Below, piece by piece: positions 46,008 to 55,894 of a stretch of 64,000 nucleotides of DNA (position 1 is the stretch's first letter; each line of letters starts with the position of its first letter). The notes under the pieces were generated by a model that saw only the letters and a list, made by a program, of their open reading frames with translations, searched no databases and had not been told where the DNA came from. This DNA is from Anaerolineae bacterium (lineage in GTDB: Bacteria; Chloroflexota; Anaerolineae; Anaerolineales; Villigracilaceae), in the NCBI GenBank assembly GCA_041479025.1, contig JBGOXG010000001.1, forward strand, positions 8,262 to 72,261. The letters are read 5' to 3'. The translations under genes and the position numbers were made by a program.

Positions 46008-48440
46008 ATGGATATCGAGAAATGTATTGATACGCTACTCAAGGAAATGACATTAAAAGAAAAAACATCCATGCTATCGGGCAAGGATATATGGAACACG
46101 GTACCGGTCGACAGGCTTGGGATTCCCTCGATCGTCATGACGGATGGTCCCCATGGGGTGCGTGCCAGCAATCCGGAAGTGGGCCGCAACGTCGAGCCGA
46201 CCACTGCTTTCCCAACAGGTATTTCGATGGGTGCATCCTGGAATCCGAAATTAATTGAAAAAGTTGGTCAAGCGCTCGGGGAAGAAACGCGTGGAATGGG
46301 GTGCGACGTCCTGCTGGGTCCGTGTGTTAACATTGTGCGGTACCCGTTGGGGGGACGCAATTTCGAAACTTATTCGGAGGACCCCTATCACGCCGGTAGA
46401 ATGGCAGTGGCTTATATTAATGGGGTGCAAAGTCGCGGTGTAGGCACGTCGCTCAAACATTATGCGCTCAATAATTATGAGACTGAGAGATTTCGTGCCA
46501 GCACCCGTGTAGATGAGCGTACTATGCGCGAAATTTATTTACCCGCCTTTGAAATGGCTGTTAAAGAAGCAAAACCATGGACAGTCATGTGTTCATACAA
46601 CCGAATTAATGGCGTTTATGCCAGTGAAAATGCATACTTACTTAAAACCATATTGAAAGATGAATGGGGTTTCGAGGGTGCGGTGATATCTGATTGGGGT
46701 GCCGTGCATAGTGTGTTCGAGTCGGTGAAAAATGGGCTTGATCTCGAAATGCCTGGTCCAGTAAAGTACTATAAGCTACTTGAAGAATCCGTGCTAAATT
46801 GGCAAATTGATGAGGAATCTGTTAATGAGGCTGTGCGACGTGTACTTCGCTTGATTGCTCGTTCCGGACAAATGGATGGGAGTGTCTCGAAAGGAACTGT
46901 CAATTCTGTCGAGCACCAATCGCTTGCTCGTAAATTAGCCGAGGAGGCCATAACTCTCTTGAAAAATGAAGGAAATGTTCTTCCTCTGGACAAAAAAGAT
47001 ATCAAAACGCTGGCGATCATCGGCCCCAATGCCGTCAACGCAGTAATCGGGGGGGGTGGAAGTTCAAGGGTGGATCCGCCATACCGGATATCTCCGCTCG
47101 AATCCATGAAGACCATGTTGGGTGACAAAATTGAGCTTGCTTATGAGCAAGGGTGCGACAACTACGATGAGCCTTTCGATGTCCCGCGTGCGTGGTTAAA
47201 CCATGAAGGCTTGAAAGGTTCCTTCTACTTGAACTCCGATTTCAGTGGCGAACCTGTTCTTACACAGGATGGATTTTGGCCTGAGTTTTGGTTCCATACT
47301 GCCTGGTCTGCAATGCCTGTTGCTCCATCTGCTTTGCGTTGGGAAGGCGAGTTGAAAGTACCCGAAAATGGAGACTATCGCTTCCGACTTAGCCATAACG
47401 GTAATATGCGGTTTTATCTGGATGGCGAAAAAATCCTGGATAGCAATATTACTGAATCAGATGAATACACGTTTTCGGAGGTGATTCGACCCCTGAAGGC
47501 TGGCAGGAAGATAAAACTGGAACTCGAATATATCCGCCGCCCGCAGCAAGAAATCATTTACTACAGGCTGGGGATGGGGGTTCATTTCGCAGCCGGGTCT
47601 GATCCTCGCTTTGATCGCGCTGTTAAATTGGCAAAGAGTGCGGATAAAGTGGTTTTTTTCGGTGGAATGCCTGAGGGTTTCGAGACAGAGGGTGGAGATC
47701 GTTTGGATATGGATTTACCTGGTAGACAAGATGAATTGATCCAGGCGATAGCCGACGTAAATCCAAATGCTGTAGTAGTTCTCAATGTTGGTTCGCCGGT
47801 TAGCATGCCCTGGGCGGAGGAGGTTGCTGCGATTGTCGAGGCATATTATCCGGGGATGGAAAATGGGAATGCTGTGGTGCGGGTGTTGCTTGGCAAGGTA
47901 AACCCCTCGGGAAAACTCCCAGTTACTTTTCCAAAACGCCTGCAGGATAGTCCAGCTTTTATCAATGCCTCATATCCAGGATGCAGGGAAGTCAATTATG
48001 GAGAAGGGATATTTGTGGGATATCGGTATTTTGAAAAAGCGGAAATCGAACCGTTGTTCCCCTTCGGCCATGGATTATCCTACACTGAGTTTAAATACAG
48101 TAAGCTTTCAATCCCCAAGCGAGGTAAGCAAGGGGATACCTTTGAAGTATCCCTGGATGTGACTAATGCTGGCGATAGGGATGGAGCGGAAGTCGTTCAA
48201 TTGTACGTGAGTGATCTCGCATCATCATTGGTGCGCCCTGTCAAGGAACTTAAGGGATTTGAAAAAGTCTTCCTAAAAACAGGAGAAACCAAAACGGTCA
48301 CTTTTTTACTCGATGAAAGGGCGCTTGCTTATTACGATCCGATCCACATGAAATGGATCGCTGAGCCAGGTGAATTCGAAATCCTGGTGGGAAGTTCTTC
48401 TCAAGATATCCGCTTGCGAAGGAAATTCGAATTAATATAA
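46008..48440 (+). CDS. Glycoside hydrolase family 3 beta-glucosidase with inserted PA14 domain
   Basis: GH3 N-terminal pattern (LTLKEKTSMLSG..., GVRA, KHYALNN, SDWGA). PA14-like insert (GSFYLNSDFSGEPV...GDYRFRLSHNGNMRFYLDGEKILD). Fn3-like C-terminus. GGAGG RBS. Confidence 0.9.
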   Translation: MDIEKCIDTLLKEMTLKEKTSMLSGKDIWNTVPVDRLGIPSIVMTDGPHGVRASNPEVGRNVEPTTAFPTGISMGASWNPKLIEKVGQALGEETRGMGCDVLLGPCVNIVRYPLGGRNFETYSEDPYHAGRMAVAYINGVQSRGVGTSLKHYALNNYETERFRASTRVDERTMREIYLPAFEMAVKEAKPWTVMCSYNRINGVYASENAYLLKTILKDEWGFEGAVISDWGAVHSVFESVKNGLDLEMPGPVKYYKLLEESVLNWQIDEESVNEAVRRVLRLIARSGQMDGSVSKGTVNSVEHQSLARKLAEEAITLLKNEGNVLPLDKKDIKTLAIIGPNAVNAVIGGGGSSRVDPPYRISPLESMKTMLGDKIELAYEQGCDNYDEPFDVPRAWLNHEGLKGSFYLNSDFSGEPVLTQDGFWPEFWFHTAWSAMPVAPSALRWEGELKVPENGDYRFRLSHNGNMRFYLDGEKILDSNITESDEYTFSEVIRPLKAGRKIKLELEYIRRPQQEIIYYRLGMGVHFAAGSDPRFDRAVKLAKSADKVVFFGGMPEGFETEGGDRLDMDLPGRQDELIQAIADVNPNAVVVLNVGSPVSMPWAEEVAAIVEAYYPGMENGNAVVRVLLGKVNPSGKLPVTFPKRLQDSPAFINASYPGCREVNYGEGIFVGYRYFEKAEIEPLFPFGHGLSYTEFKYSKLSIPKRGKQGDTFEVSLDVTNAGDRDGAEVVQLYVSDLASSLVRPVKELKGFEKVFLKTGETKTVTFLLDERALAYYDPIHMKWIAEPGEFEILVGSSSQDIRLRRKFELI

Positions 48441-48481
48441 CTGTTGCAAGAGACGTGTGGGCGAATAATTGTGACAAGAAA

Positions 48482-48519
48482 GAAATCAGCAGGAGGGTTG
48501 TCTACCTCCTGCTGATTTC
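48482..48519. terminator. Bidirectional terminator hairpin (15-bp stem)
   Basis: GAAATCAGCAGGAGG (48482..48496) pairs with CCTCCTGCTGATTTC (48505..48519). It lies between the convergent GH3 and trkA genes. Confidence 0.65.
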
Positions 48520-48529
48520 TGCGTTATTT

Positions 48530-49210
48530 CTAACGAATAACCGGTTTCTTCGGACTTAATAAAGATCCCAGCTCGGTGAGGCGTGAACCATGGACAAGCG
48601 CGAGTAATTCATCTGCCGGGAGAAGAACTGTATCGCCGTGAGGGATGATGAGTTGGTGTTTCCGAATGATGGCAACGATGGTGGATTCGGCGGGCATGGT
48701 CAACTCTCGCAACGTTTTATTCGCGGCAATCGAATCCGGATGGACTTTCTCTTCAATCAAAGAATATTCACCACGTCGTAGTTTGAGCAATGTCATCATA
48801 TCTCCCAGTGACATTTCCTCAGCGACCAGGTGAGCCAAAATATCCGCCTGATTGAGGGATACATCCACGCCCATTTCAGGGGTGAATAGCCAGGCATTCT
48901 TGGGATTATTGACGCGTCCAATCACTCTTGGAACATTGAATTCAAATCGCGCGAGCGATGTGATAACCAGGTTCGTCTCATCGGAACCCGTAACTGCAGC
49001 GAGGACATTCGCCTGCATCACCCCGGCCTGTTCTAGTGTGGCTGGTGAACTTCCATCGCCCGAGATGATTACCTCAGCGGGTAATTCCGCCTTTAGTTTT
49101 TCGAGCAAGGCAGAACGTTCTTCGATCACGCGGACTTTGTGCCCCGCATCGACAAGGAGTTTGGATAAATATGAACCGGTGTTGCCACCGCCGACGATAA
49201 TGACAAACAT
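48530..49210 (-). CDS. trkA: TrkA/KtrA-type RCK protein (NAD-binding N domain plus C domain)
   Basis: MFVIIVGGGNTGSYL Rossmann motif. 226 aa. TrkA_N plus TrkA_C layout. Confidence 0.85.
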   Translation of the reverse strand: MFVIIVGGGNTGSYLSKLLVDAGHKVRVIEERSALLEKLKAELPAEVIISGDGSSPATLEQAGVMQANVLAAVTGSDETNLVITSLARFEFNVPRVIGRVNNPKNAWLFTPEMGVDVSLNQADILAHLVAEEMSLGDMMTLLKLRRGEYSLIEEKVHPDSIAANKTLRELTMPAESTIVAIIRKHQLIIPHGDTVLLPADELLALVHGSRLTELGSLLSPKKPVIR

Positions 49211-49212
49211 GG

Positions 49213-49872
49213 TTATATTCTCCTTTCGAGGCCAAACATCTCTTCCAGTCGCGGCATAGCGGACGAGAGGACGGCAAGGTGAACGATATCGCCTTCTTTG
49301 AAGGTTGTACCGCTAGAAGGGATAAAAGCTACGTCGTCGCGGGTAATTGAAATTAGATTAATCTCTCCTGGAATTGTAATGTCCTTAGAGGTTCGCCCGA
49401 CGAGCAGAGTTGATATTTCATGTGAAACGACCGAGACCTCACCTCGTCCGAATGTGTAAAGGACATCCAGGTCTGCATGGGTGATTAATTCATAAATCCG
49501 TTCCGCGCCCCAGGTTGTGGTGGAAATGGTCATCAGCCCAAGCCGTTGATAGATTTCTGCCCGCCGAGGATCGTACAATCGCGCGACCACGCGCGGCACT
49601 TTAAAAATATTCCTTGCTGTCCGGGCAGCGACGATGTTGGCATTGTCGGAAGCGCTGACTGCCGCGAAGGCATCGCTGTGTTCAATATCAGCCTCAATTA
49701 AAACTGTACGATCGAATCCTAATCCCCTGAGAAGTTTTCCTTTGAAGTTGGGGCCAAGTCGGTTCTCAGCATTGTTATCGTGGTCGATTACTGTAACATC
49801 ATGGCCATGTGCTGAAAGAACCAGACTAACTTGTGACCCTACTCGCCCACAACCCATTACGATAATTTTCAT
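49213..49872 (-). CDS. trkA: TrkA/KtrA-type RCK protein, second paralogue
   Basis: MKIIVMGCGRVGSQV Rossmann motif. 219 aa. Separated by 2 nt from the downstream paralogue. Confidence 0.85.
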   Translation of the reverse strand: MKIIVMGCGRVGSQVSLVLSAHGHDVTVIDHDNNAENRLGPNFKGKLLRGLGFDRTVLIEADIEHSDAFAAVSASDNANIVAARTARNIFKVPRVVARLYDPRRAEIYQRLGLMTISTTTWGAERIYELITHADLDVLYTFGRGEVSVVSHEISTLLVGRTSKDITIPGEINLISITRDDVAFIPSSGTTFKEGDIVHLAVLSSAMPRLEEMFGLERRI

Positions 49873-49896
49873 AATCTTTTTCCTCCTTCCTTATCC

Positions 49897-52719
49897 TTAA
49901 TTAGCATCACGTTTCTGAAACGAACGGCGTATAAGAACTTTACGAAGCCATTCCAGACCATAAATTATCAACGCGTACATTAACAATCCAGGCCAGTAAT
50001 ACAAAGGAATTTTAACGTGGTTGAAAATATCAGCAAGAAAAGGGACATATATTAATAATAGAATAATTAATAGTTCTGCGCCAATCCCCATCCAGAGAAA
50101 TTTATTGCTAAACCAGCCCATGGCTGTGTTGTGCGCTGTTTCAGTTCTGCAGGCGAATGCATTTCCGATTTGAGAAGTGACAACCCCGGCGTGATAAACG
50201 GTGTTGGCAATCGCGTAGGCGCCGTATAAACTCATCGGTGTAAACAAGATCGCTGGAATTCGCAATGATGATGCGATTGGTAAGAATGCCCCAAGGTGTC
50301 CTGAAACAAAAAGTACAAAAAAGAATCCTGTATAACAAAGAATAACTTCAATTAAACCTAACCAGCCAAATGAGTGCCATAGCAAGCCTCTATCGATCAG
50401 TGGTTTTGTCTTTGGTCTTGGAGGTCTTTTCATGATTTCCGGCTCAGGTCGTTCCACGCCCAGAGCTAATGCTGGTACTAGATCGGTGCCCAGATCGACT
50501 GCCAGAATTTGTCGAACAGTCAACGCAAGCGGGATGGGGAAAATGGCGGTAACGACAAATGGAATGAATTCTGGTACATTGCTGGAAAAAATATAAGTTA
50601 TGAACTTTCGGATATTGTCGTAAATTGCGCGACCTTCTTCAATCGCCGCGACAATCGCCCCGAAATTGTCATTCGTTAGAATGATATCTGCGGCTTCCTT
50701 GGCGACATCGGTTCCGACGAGACCCATGGCAATGCCGACGTCTGCTTTTCGTAAAGCAGGGGCGTCGTTTACGCCATCGCCAGTTACGGCAACGACATCC
50801 CCATGGGCCTGGAATACCGAAACCAGTCTCATTTTATGCTCGGGAGCCATTCTTGCAAAAAGGACTTCCTGCTCAAGCGTTTTATGCAGTTCGGGTTCGG
50901 ACATCGCATCCAACTCTTGACCGGTGACGATGCGGGGATTGGGGGTAGCGAGCATTCCGATGCGCCGCGCAAGAGATTCTGCGGTAAGGCCATAGTCCCC
51001 GGTAATCATGACAATCCGGATTCCGGCTTCCCGAAAGCTACGGATCGCTGCTTCAACTTCAGGTCGCGGAGGATCCATCATGGCCATCAACCCAAGGAAT
51101 GTTAGGTCGTGCTCAATCGATTCCACAGTATATGACCCTTGCCGTAAAGGGAGGATCCTACGGGCGAGAGCGAGAACGCGTAAGGCATTATGCGCATAAT
51201 CATCATTGGCAGCGAGTATCTCTCCTCGAATTTCATCTGTCAATGGTTGAACAGTATCATAGATTAGTATCTGCGTGCAGAGCTGCAATACTTCGCGAGG
51301 TGCTCCTTTTACGAATGCTACCTCCTTGTTCATGTCACGGTGGATGGTAGTCATGCGTTTACGCCGGGCATCAAATGGGATTTCATGAACACGCGGATAA
51401 ATAATTTCCAGAGCGGCTTCGTTTACATCGGACTTTAGCGCAGCCACCTTCATCGCTGCTTCAGTCTGATCTCCAAGATTTGTCCACGTGGGATGCTCAA
51501 GGGAAGGGGGATTAATTCTGGCATTATTACAGCAGGTGGCTGCATCGAGCAACGCCATGAGGTCATTTTCGAAGGGTTTTCCGATGGGCGAAGGGATAAA
51601 TTCACCTTTTGGTTCGTAACCTACACCAGTTACTTTAATCCTCTGGCGGGCTACCCAGGTTTCGCGAACAGTCATCTGATTCTGGGTGAGTGTCCCGCTC
51701 TTATCTGTACATATTACCGAAACATTCCCCAGCGTTTCCACGATGTTAAGTTTTTTTACCAGCACGCCCTTCAGAGCAAGTCGTTGGACTGCCATGGCCA
51801 GGGAAAGTGTGAGTGTAAATGGTAAACCTTCTGGGATCGCCGCAACCAGAATGCCAAGCGCAAGCAGCCTCGGGTCAAATATCCGTGTGCGGGTCGTCGG
51901 ATCGAGATATCCTGACAGCAGGATTAGACCTGCAACCCCAATGGCGATCCAGGTGATGATGCCAATAATCCGATCGAGCTCGATTTTCAAACGGGAGGGG
52001 GGGTCGTGAATGGATTGGGTGAGGTGCGCTATTCGACCAAACTGAGTAAGCATTCCTGTCGCATACACCACAGCTTTGCCAGTCCCGGACGCGACTGAAG
52101 TGCCTGCAAAAACTAAATTGTGTTGCTCTAATTCACTGCGACCTTCTACGAAAGAGGGATCAGCCATTTTTCGGGAAGGTACAGCCTCGCCGGTCAGGGT
52201 CGAGTTGTTAGTGCGCAATCCATATTCTTCTACCACGCGTGCATCCGCAGGGATGTTGTCCCCTTCAGCCAAGACAAGGACATCGCCAGGGACTACATCA
52301 TAGGCTGCAATATGGACATCCTGATTGTCCCTAATGACATGCGCATAAATGGGTAGAACCAATTGGAGTTTTTGGATCGCCTGCTCAGCCCGGTATTCCC
52401 GCCAAAATAAAAAGGTGGTGTTGGCGAATGAAAGAATAAGGATGACTAGTGCTAGAACCCAATCTCCCGCGATTGCCGCGATTAAGCTCGCTCCAACCAT
52501 GACCCATATCAATGGATGGCGAAAATGAGTGATTAGATTCTCCCAGAGCGGAATTCTAGGTTGTTCTGAAAGATTATTCTTGCCATAAAGAGATTTACGC
52601 GATTCGGTTTCTGCCGTGGAAAGACCATCAGGCGATGTCTCCAGCGCCTGATACATTTCTGCAATGCTCATTGTGTGAATCGGTTCAATAGGCATAAGAC
52701 TGAAAGAGCGGGAGTCCAA
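49897..52719 (-). CDS. P-type (type II-like) cation-transporting ATPase
   Basis: TGE(A) actuator motif, phosphorylation site ICTDKSGTLT (Ser in place of the usual Thr), KGAPE, MITGD, TGDGVNDAPAL. TM4 has IPEGLP and TM6 has VDLGTDLVPALALG. 10 TM helices. Confidence 0.9.
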   Translation of the reverse strand: MDSRSFSLMPIEPIHTMSIAEMYQALETSPDGLSTAETESRKSLYGKNNLSEQPRIPLWENLITHFRHPLIWVMVGASLIAAIAGDWVLALVILILSFANTTFLFWREYRAEQAIQKLQLVLPIYAHVIRDNQDVHIAAYDVVPGDVLVLAEGDNIPADARVVEEYGLRTNNSTLTGEAVPSRKMADPSFVEGRSELEQHNLVFAGTSVASGTGKAVVYATGMLTQFGRIAHLTQSIHDPPSRLKIELDRIIGIITWIAIGVAGLILLSGYLDPTTRTRIFDPRLLALGILVAAIPEGLPFTLTLSLAMAVQRLALKGVLVKKLNIVETLGNVSVICTDKSGTLTQNQMTVRETWVARQRIKVTGVGYEPKGEFIPSPIGKPFENDLMALLDAATCCNNARINPPSLEHPTWTNLGDQTEAAMKVAALKSDVNEAALEIIYPRVHEIPFDARRKRMTTIHRDMNKEVAFVKGAPREVLQLCTQILIYDTVQPLTDEIRGEILAANDDYAHNALRVLALARRILPLRQGSYTVESIEHDLTFLGLMAMMDPPRPEVEAAIRSFREAGIRIVMITGDYGLTAESLARRIGMLATPNPRIVTGQELDAMSEPELHKTLEQEVLFARMAPEHKMRLVSVFQAHGDVVAVTGDGVNDAPALRKADVGIAMGLVGTDVAKEAADIILTNDNFGAIVAAIEEGRAIYDNIRKFITYIFSSNVPEFIPFVVTAIFPIPLALTVRQILAVDLGTDLVPALALGVERPEPEIMKRPPRPKTKPLIDRGLLWHSFGWLGLIEVILCYTGFFFVLFVSGHLGAFLPIASSLRIPAILFTPMSLYGAYAIANTVYHAGVVTSQIGNAFACRTETAHNTAMGWFSNKFLWMGIGAELLIILLLIYVPFLADIFNHVKIPLYYWPGLLMYALIIYGLEWLRKVLIRRSFQKRDAN

Positions 52720-52746
52720 GGTTGGTTGCCCCGCCTCCGCTCTTGT

Positions 52747-54594
52747 TTATTCGAGTTGGTCTTCGCCGGGCGCAGTTTCTTTAGGTGCGCCACCTAATTT
52801 TGGTTCTTCGAGTTGATTTAGATATGGTTCCAGCAAGGATGGTGCATCCGGATGGTCCGAGTGCATCGCATGGTCATAATCACCCGCCTCAATAGGGATG
52901 GGTTCATAGCGCACAGGTCGCCGTACCCCGAATAGTTCAAAGAAACGTGTAATCTGGATTATGAGACGCCCTCTCAGCGAATGACGATACTCCTGCATTT
53001 TTAGTGATTGCCACTCTACAATTGATGCCATGGAGCCTTGAACACGGGCTTTGTCGCGAACAATGCGATGAATAGTTGTCGGGTCACGGTAACCGATTGG
53101 AGATATAAGCAGCAAATTCGCTGCTAGGACAAGGATACTGAATGTAATTAGCACCACCCAACCCCCCTCGCCCCACTTCCCGGCGATTTGACCAATAAAG
53201 ACAAGGCCAGCGAGCATCCCTGCAAATCCTGCTGCAATCGAACCCCAGGTACGTTTTGCGCCAGTGTACGTCGCAAGAATGTGTTTCCGAATAGCAAAAC
53301 CCATCACCATAATGGGCATGAAAACACCGATACCGTAATATGGAACTGCAGCACTGGTATTTCCTTTGACTAAGAATTGGATAATTATTGCCGCGATAAA
53401 CCCGGCAGTGACTGATCGCGTAAATGTCCCTTGTGGATTGCGGTAAACAACAATTTCGGGGATTTCACCGATGGCAACATCTCGCCAGGCTGTTGCCTGC
53501 AAGTCTTGAAAGGCAGTCATCGAAGCAGCGGCTAACAAAGCTACTGCAAGGATTTGATAAACCCAATATAATATTGAGCCACCAGGGAAAACGCTGAACC
53601 CGATAAATGCCAGGTTTCCAACCAGAGAACGCCCCAGTGTGCCGTCAAACAAATTGAAATGAAAAGCAAAATAGGCCAGGAAAGCGGTCGTAATCCCGCC
53701 GTAAAACAGAAAGGAAGTCTGTACGAACCTGCCGATTCCAGATTTGCCACTATAGAAGTGCCAAAGCCAATTTAATCTTGTTAAATGCTTCTTCCCCCAA
53801 CGAACAACGCCGGCATCCTCATTTTTCACAAATTGGATTCCGTTAGACATTGCCTCCAGACCACTTAATGCGACGAGTCCTTTCATGGAGGCAGTTAACA
53901 TATGATAAGCCGCTTCCCAAATTGATGATGGTGTTTTCACATCAAAGGCGTATTGAGCGGGAGGTACTCCCATCATTCTTGCGTATATTAACCCTCCAGC
54001 CATGGTAACTGTTAGGAAAATAAACAGTGCCAGACCGATAAAGACCACCCGGGCTGATTCCCCTCTCCCTCGGATGGTTAAAAACCAGGTAATGCCTGCC
54101 AGAGCAGCTCCGATTAGGAAACGCCAAAACCAGTAGAGCCCATATGAGTTCGTAATTGAAAGTAATTGATCAACTCCAGAAAGCGTAGAAACTACGATGG
54201 TGAAAACGTAGTCTTGAATCAAAACTACAGCAACAACCAGGCTCAATCCGGGTGAAAGATACCGCATCGATGCTGTATAGGATCCGCCACCCTCGTTAAA
54301 AATCCCCAGAGAGTACATGTATAAACCACCGAATACTACATTAGCCAATGCGATAAATGCGACTGCAACCCAAGCATATTCCTGCAATCCATACGGATGC
54401 AAGGCACTCATCATCTCTCCGGTGGCATAGAAGTAAGATGTAAAATAATCAACACCAAACAAGGCTATGGCTGCCAATAATCCAATCTGCCCTGCGCCAT
54501 GGATATGTGCGTCTTCGGCTTTCTCGTGCGGTGCAATTCGTACGGAAAGTACCAGGAAAATAATTAATAAACCTAAGGAAAATAAAATGGACAT
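52747..54594 (-). CDS. APC-superfamily-like permease with cytoplasmic C-terminal tail; substrate unknown
   Basis: About 12 hydrophobic helices with a Gly-rich unwound-helix-like segment near TM1 (FGVDYFTSYFYATGE), plus a ~110-aa hydrophilic tail. Start set at MSILFSL, 10 nt after the upstream stop. Confidence 0.55.
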   Translation of the reverse strand: MSILFSLGLLIIFLVLSVRIAPHEKAEDAHIHGAGQIGLLAAIALFGVDYFTSYFYATGEMMSALHPYGLQEYAWVAVAFIALANVVFGGLYMYSLGIFNEGGGSYTASMRYLSPGLSLVVAVVLIQDYVFTIVVSTLSGVDQLLSITNSYGLYWFWRFLIGAALAGITWFLTIRGRGESARVVFIGLALFIFLTVTMAGGLIYARMMGVPPAQYAFDVKTPSSIWEAAYHMLTASMKGLVALSGLEAMSNGIQFVKNEDAGVVRWGKKHLTRLNWLWHFYSGKSGIGRFVQTSFLFYGGITTAFLAYFAFHFNLFDGTLGRSLVGNLAFIGFSVFPGGSILYWVYQILAVALLAAASMTAFQDLQATAWRDVAIGEIPEIVVYRNPQGTFTRSVTAGFIAAIIIQFLVKGNTSAAVPYYGIGVFMPIMVMGFAIRKHILATYTGAKRTWGSIAAGFAGMLAGLVFIGQIAGKWGEGGWVVLITFSILVLAANLLLISPIGYRDPTTIHRIVRDKARVQGSMASIVEWQSLKMQEYRHSLRGRLIIQITRFFELFGVRRPVRYEPIPIEAGDYDHAMHSDHPDAPSLLEPYLNQLEEPKLGGAPKETAPGEDQLE

Positions 54595-54604
54595 CTGATT
54601 GCCT

Positions 54605-55756
54605 TTAGTAAATTTCTTCCGATAACTTGAATGCTTCCTCAAGCATTTGTAGTTCGATAAGGAGATGTTTTCTCGTTGAGGGGTTCAGGCGAGTATCCTG
54701 TGCCACCTTCGCCTGTTCTTCGCGGGAGGCGCGGACTAGAAAGGCAGGGACAAACATGATCCGCCCGGCAGGGATGACTTCAAAGTGGGATATATTAATC
54801 TTGAGTTCCTGATCATCAAAATAGGGCAGGCTTAGGCTAAGACCCCGGTTTAAGTTGTGTGCGACTGCGCGTTCTTTGATTTTTCTGATGATTTCTCTGG
54901 TTTGGTACCTTGAAAGAGCCCGCCCCTGATTGATCAACTGACCCAATATGCCGTATCGTTTTTTCTGGTAATTATCGTCCGCAACTATGTAGGAAGAAAT
55001 TGCAATTGCAGAGTGAAGAATGGTAACAAATCGCTGCATCGATGCGATATGAGCTTGAGCTTCTTCAATTGAACCAACCAGGAGGTTGTCTTTCTCGTCA
55101 AATGCGACCCATTGCGGGAGAAAAAACTTGCGCGCCGCAGGAACGTAAGGAACGAGCAATTCCCCACGGCCCTCATCGGTTTTTCCCTCTTCGGCGATGG
55201 CATCAGTCGTTGCGGTGATAGCGGATTCCGGCTCCAGATCGCTCGCCTGGGGGATGGTGGGAATCTCTTCGCCTTCTTCTGCGCTAAATATGACGCTCCT
55301 CCCCGACGGCAGCATATTGTGCACCATATGCAATACAGTTGCATAGCGGATAAGGCTTGTGCTTATGGAAACAGCCAGATCGGGTGATTGTTCAAGTTCG
55401 TTGAGACGATGGCGTAGTTCAGAACGTACATCCCGGTTAAATAACCGATACTTAAGTCCGCCCACGATTTGCTCTCTGGCATTTTGCGGTACGGACATGG
55501 GCGCAGATTCCCCAAGTTTGGCCACCTCACCAATGACGCGGTCAGGGAGAGAGAAACGCACCTGAGGCATGTGTTCGATGAGCGCTTCGGCGATTTGTCT
55601 CGCCTGAGCTTCCAGGAATCGTTGGACTATGCCGGGCTGTGCGGCAAATAGTGATTTCATTTTCTCGTATTCTTCGCGCAGGAGACTGGCAGAGGAGGGG
55701 GTATCAGACATGTTAGTATCCTTGATATTTTTGGTAGAACTTTCGTATCTTACCAT
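54605..55756 (-). CDS. Hypothetical soluble protein (no motif recognised)
   Basis: Long ORF with coding-like composition. Start chosen at MVRYES, with GGGAGGG 9 nt upstream. It is first in the co-directional cation-transport gene string. Confidence 0.45.
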   Translation of the reverse strand: MVRYESSTKNIKDTNMSDTPSSASLLREEYEKMKSLFAAQPGIVQRFLEAQARQIAEALIEHMPQVRFSLPDRVIGEVAKLGESAPMSVPQNAREQIVGGLKYRLFNRDVRSELRHRLNELEQSPDLAVSISTSLIRYATVLHMVHNMLPSGRSVIFSAEEGEEIPTIPQASDLEPESAITATTDAIAEEGKTDEGRGELLVPYVPAARKFFLPQWVAFDEKDNLLVGSIEEAQAHIASMQRFVTILHSAIAISSYIVADDNYQKKRYGILGQLINQGRALSRYQTREIIRKIKERAVAHNLNRGLSLSLPYFDDQELKINISHFEVIPAGRIMFVPAFLVRASREEQAKVAQDTRLNPSTRKHLLIELQMLEEAFKLSEEIY

Positions 55757-55894
55757 GAAACATAGCCCTCCCTGATAAAAAGGTGGGGTGAGCCGTATGC
55801 TGATAGCAGTTTGTTCACCACAGAATCTGCCCATGGTTACAACTCCCTGCTGATTAAACGGATCGATTATTTATTATTGGAATATGTGTCAGGG

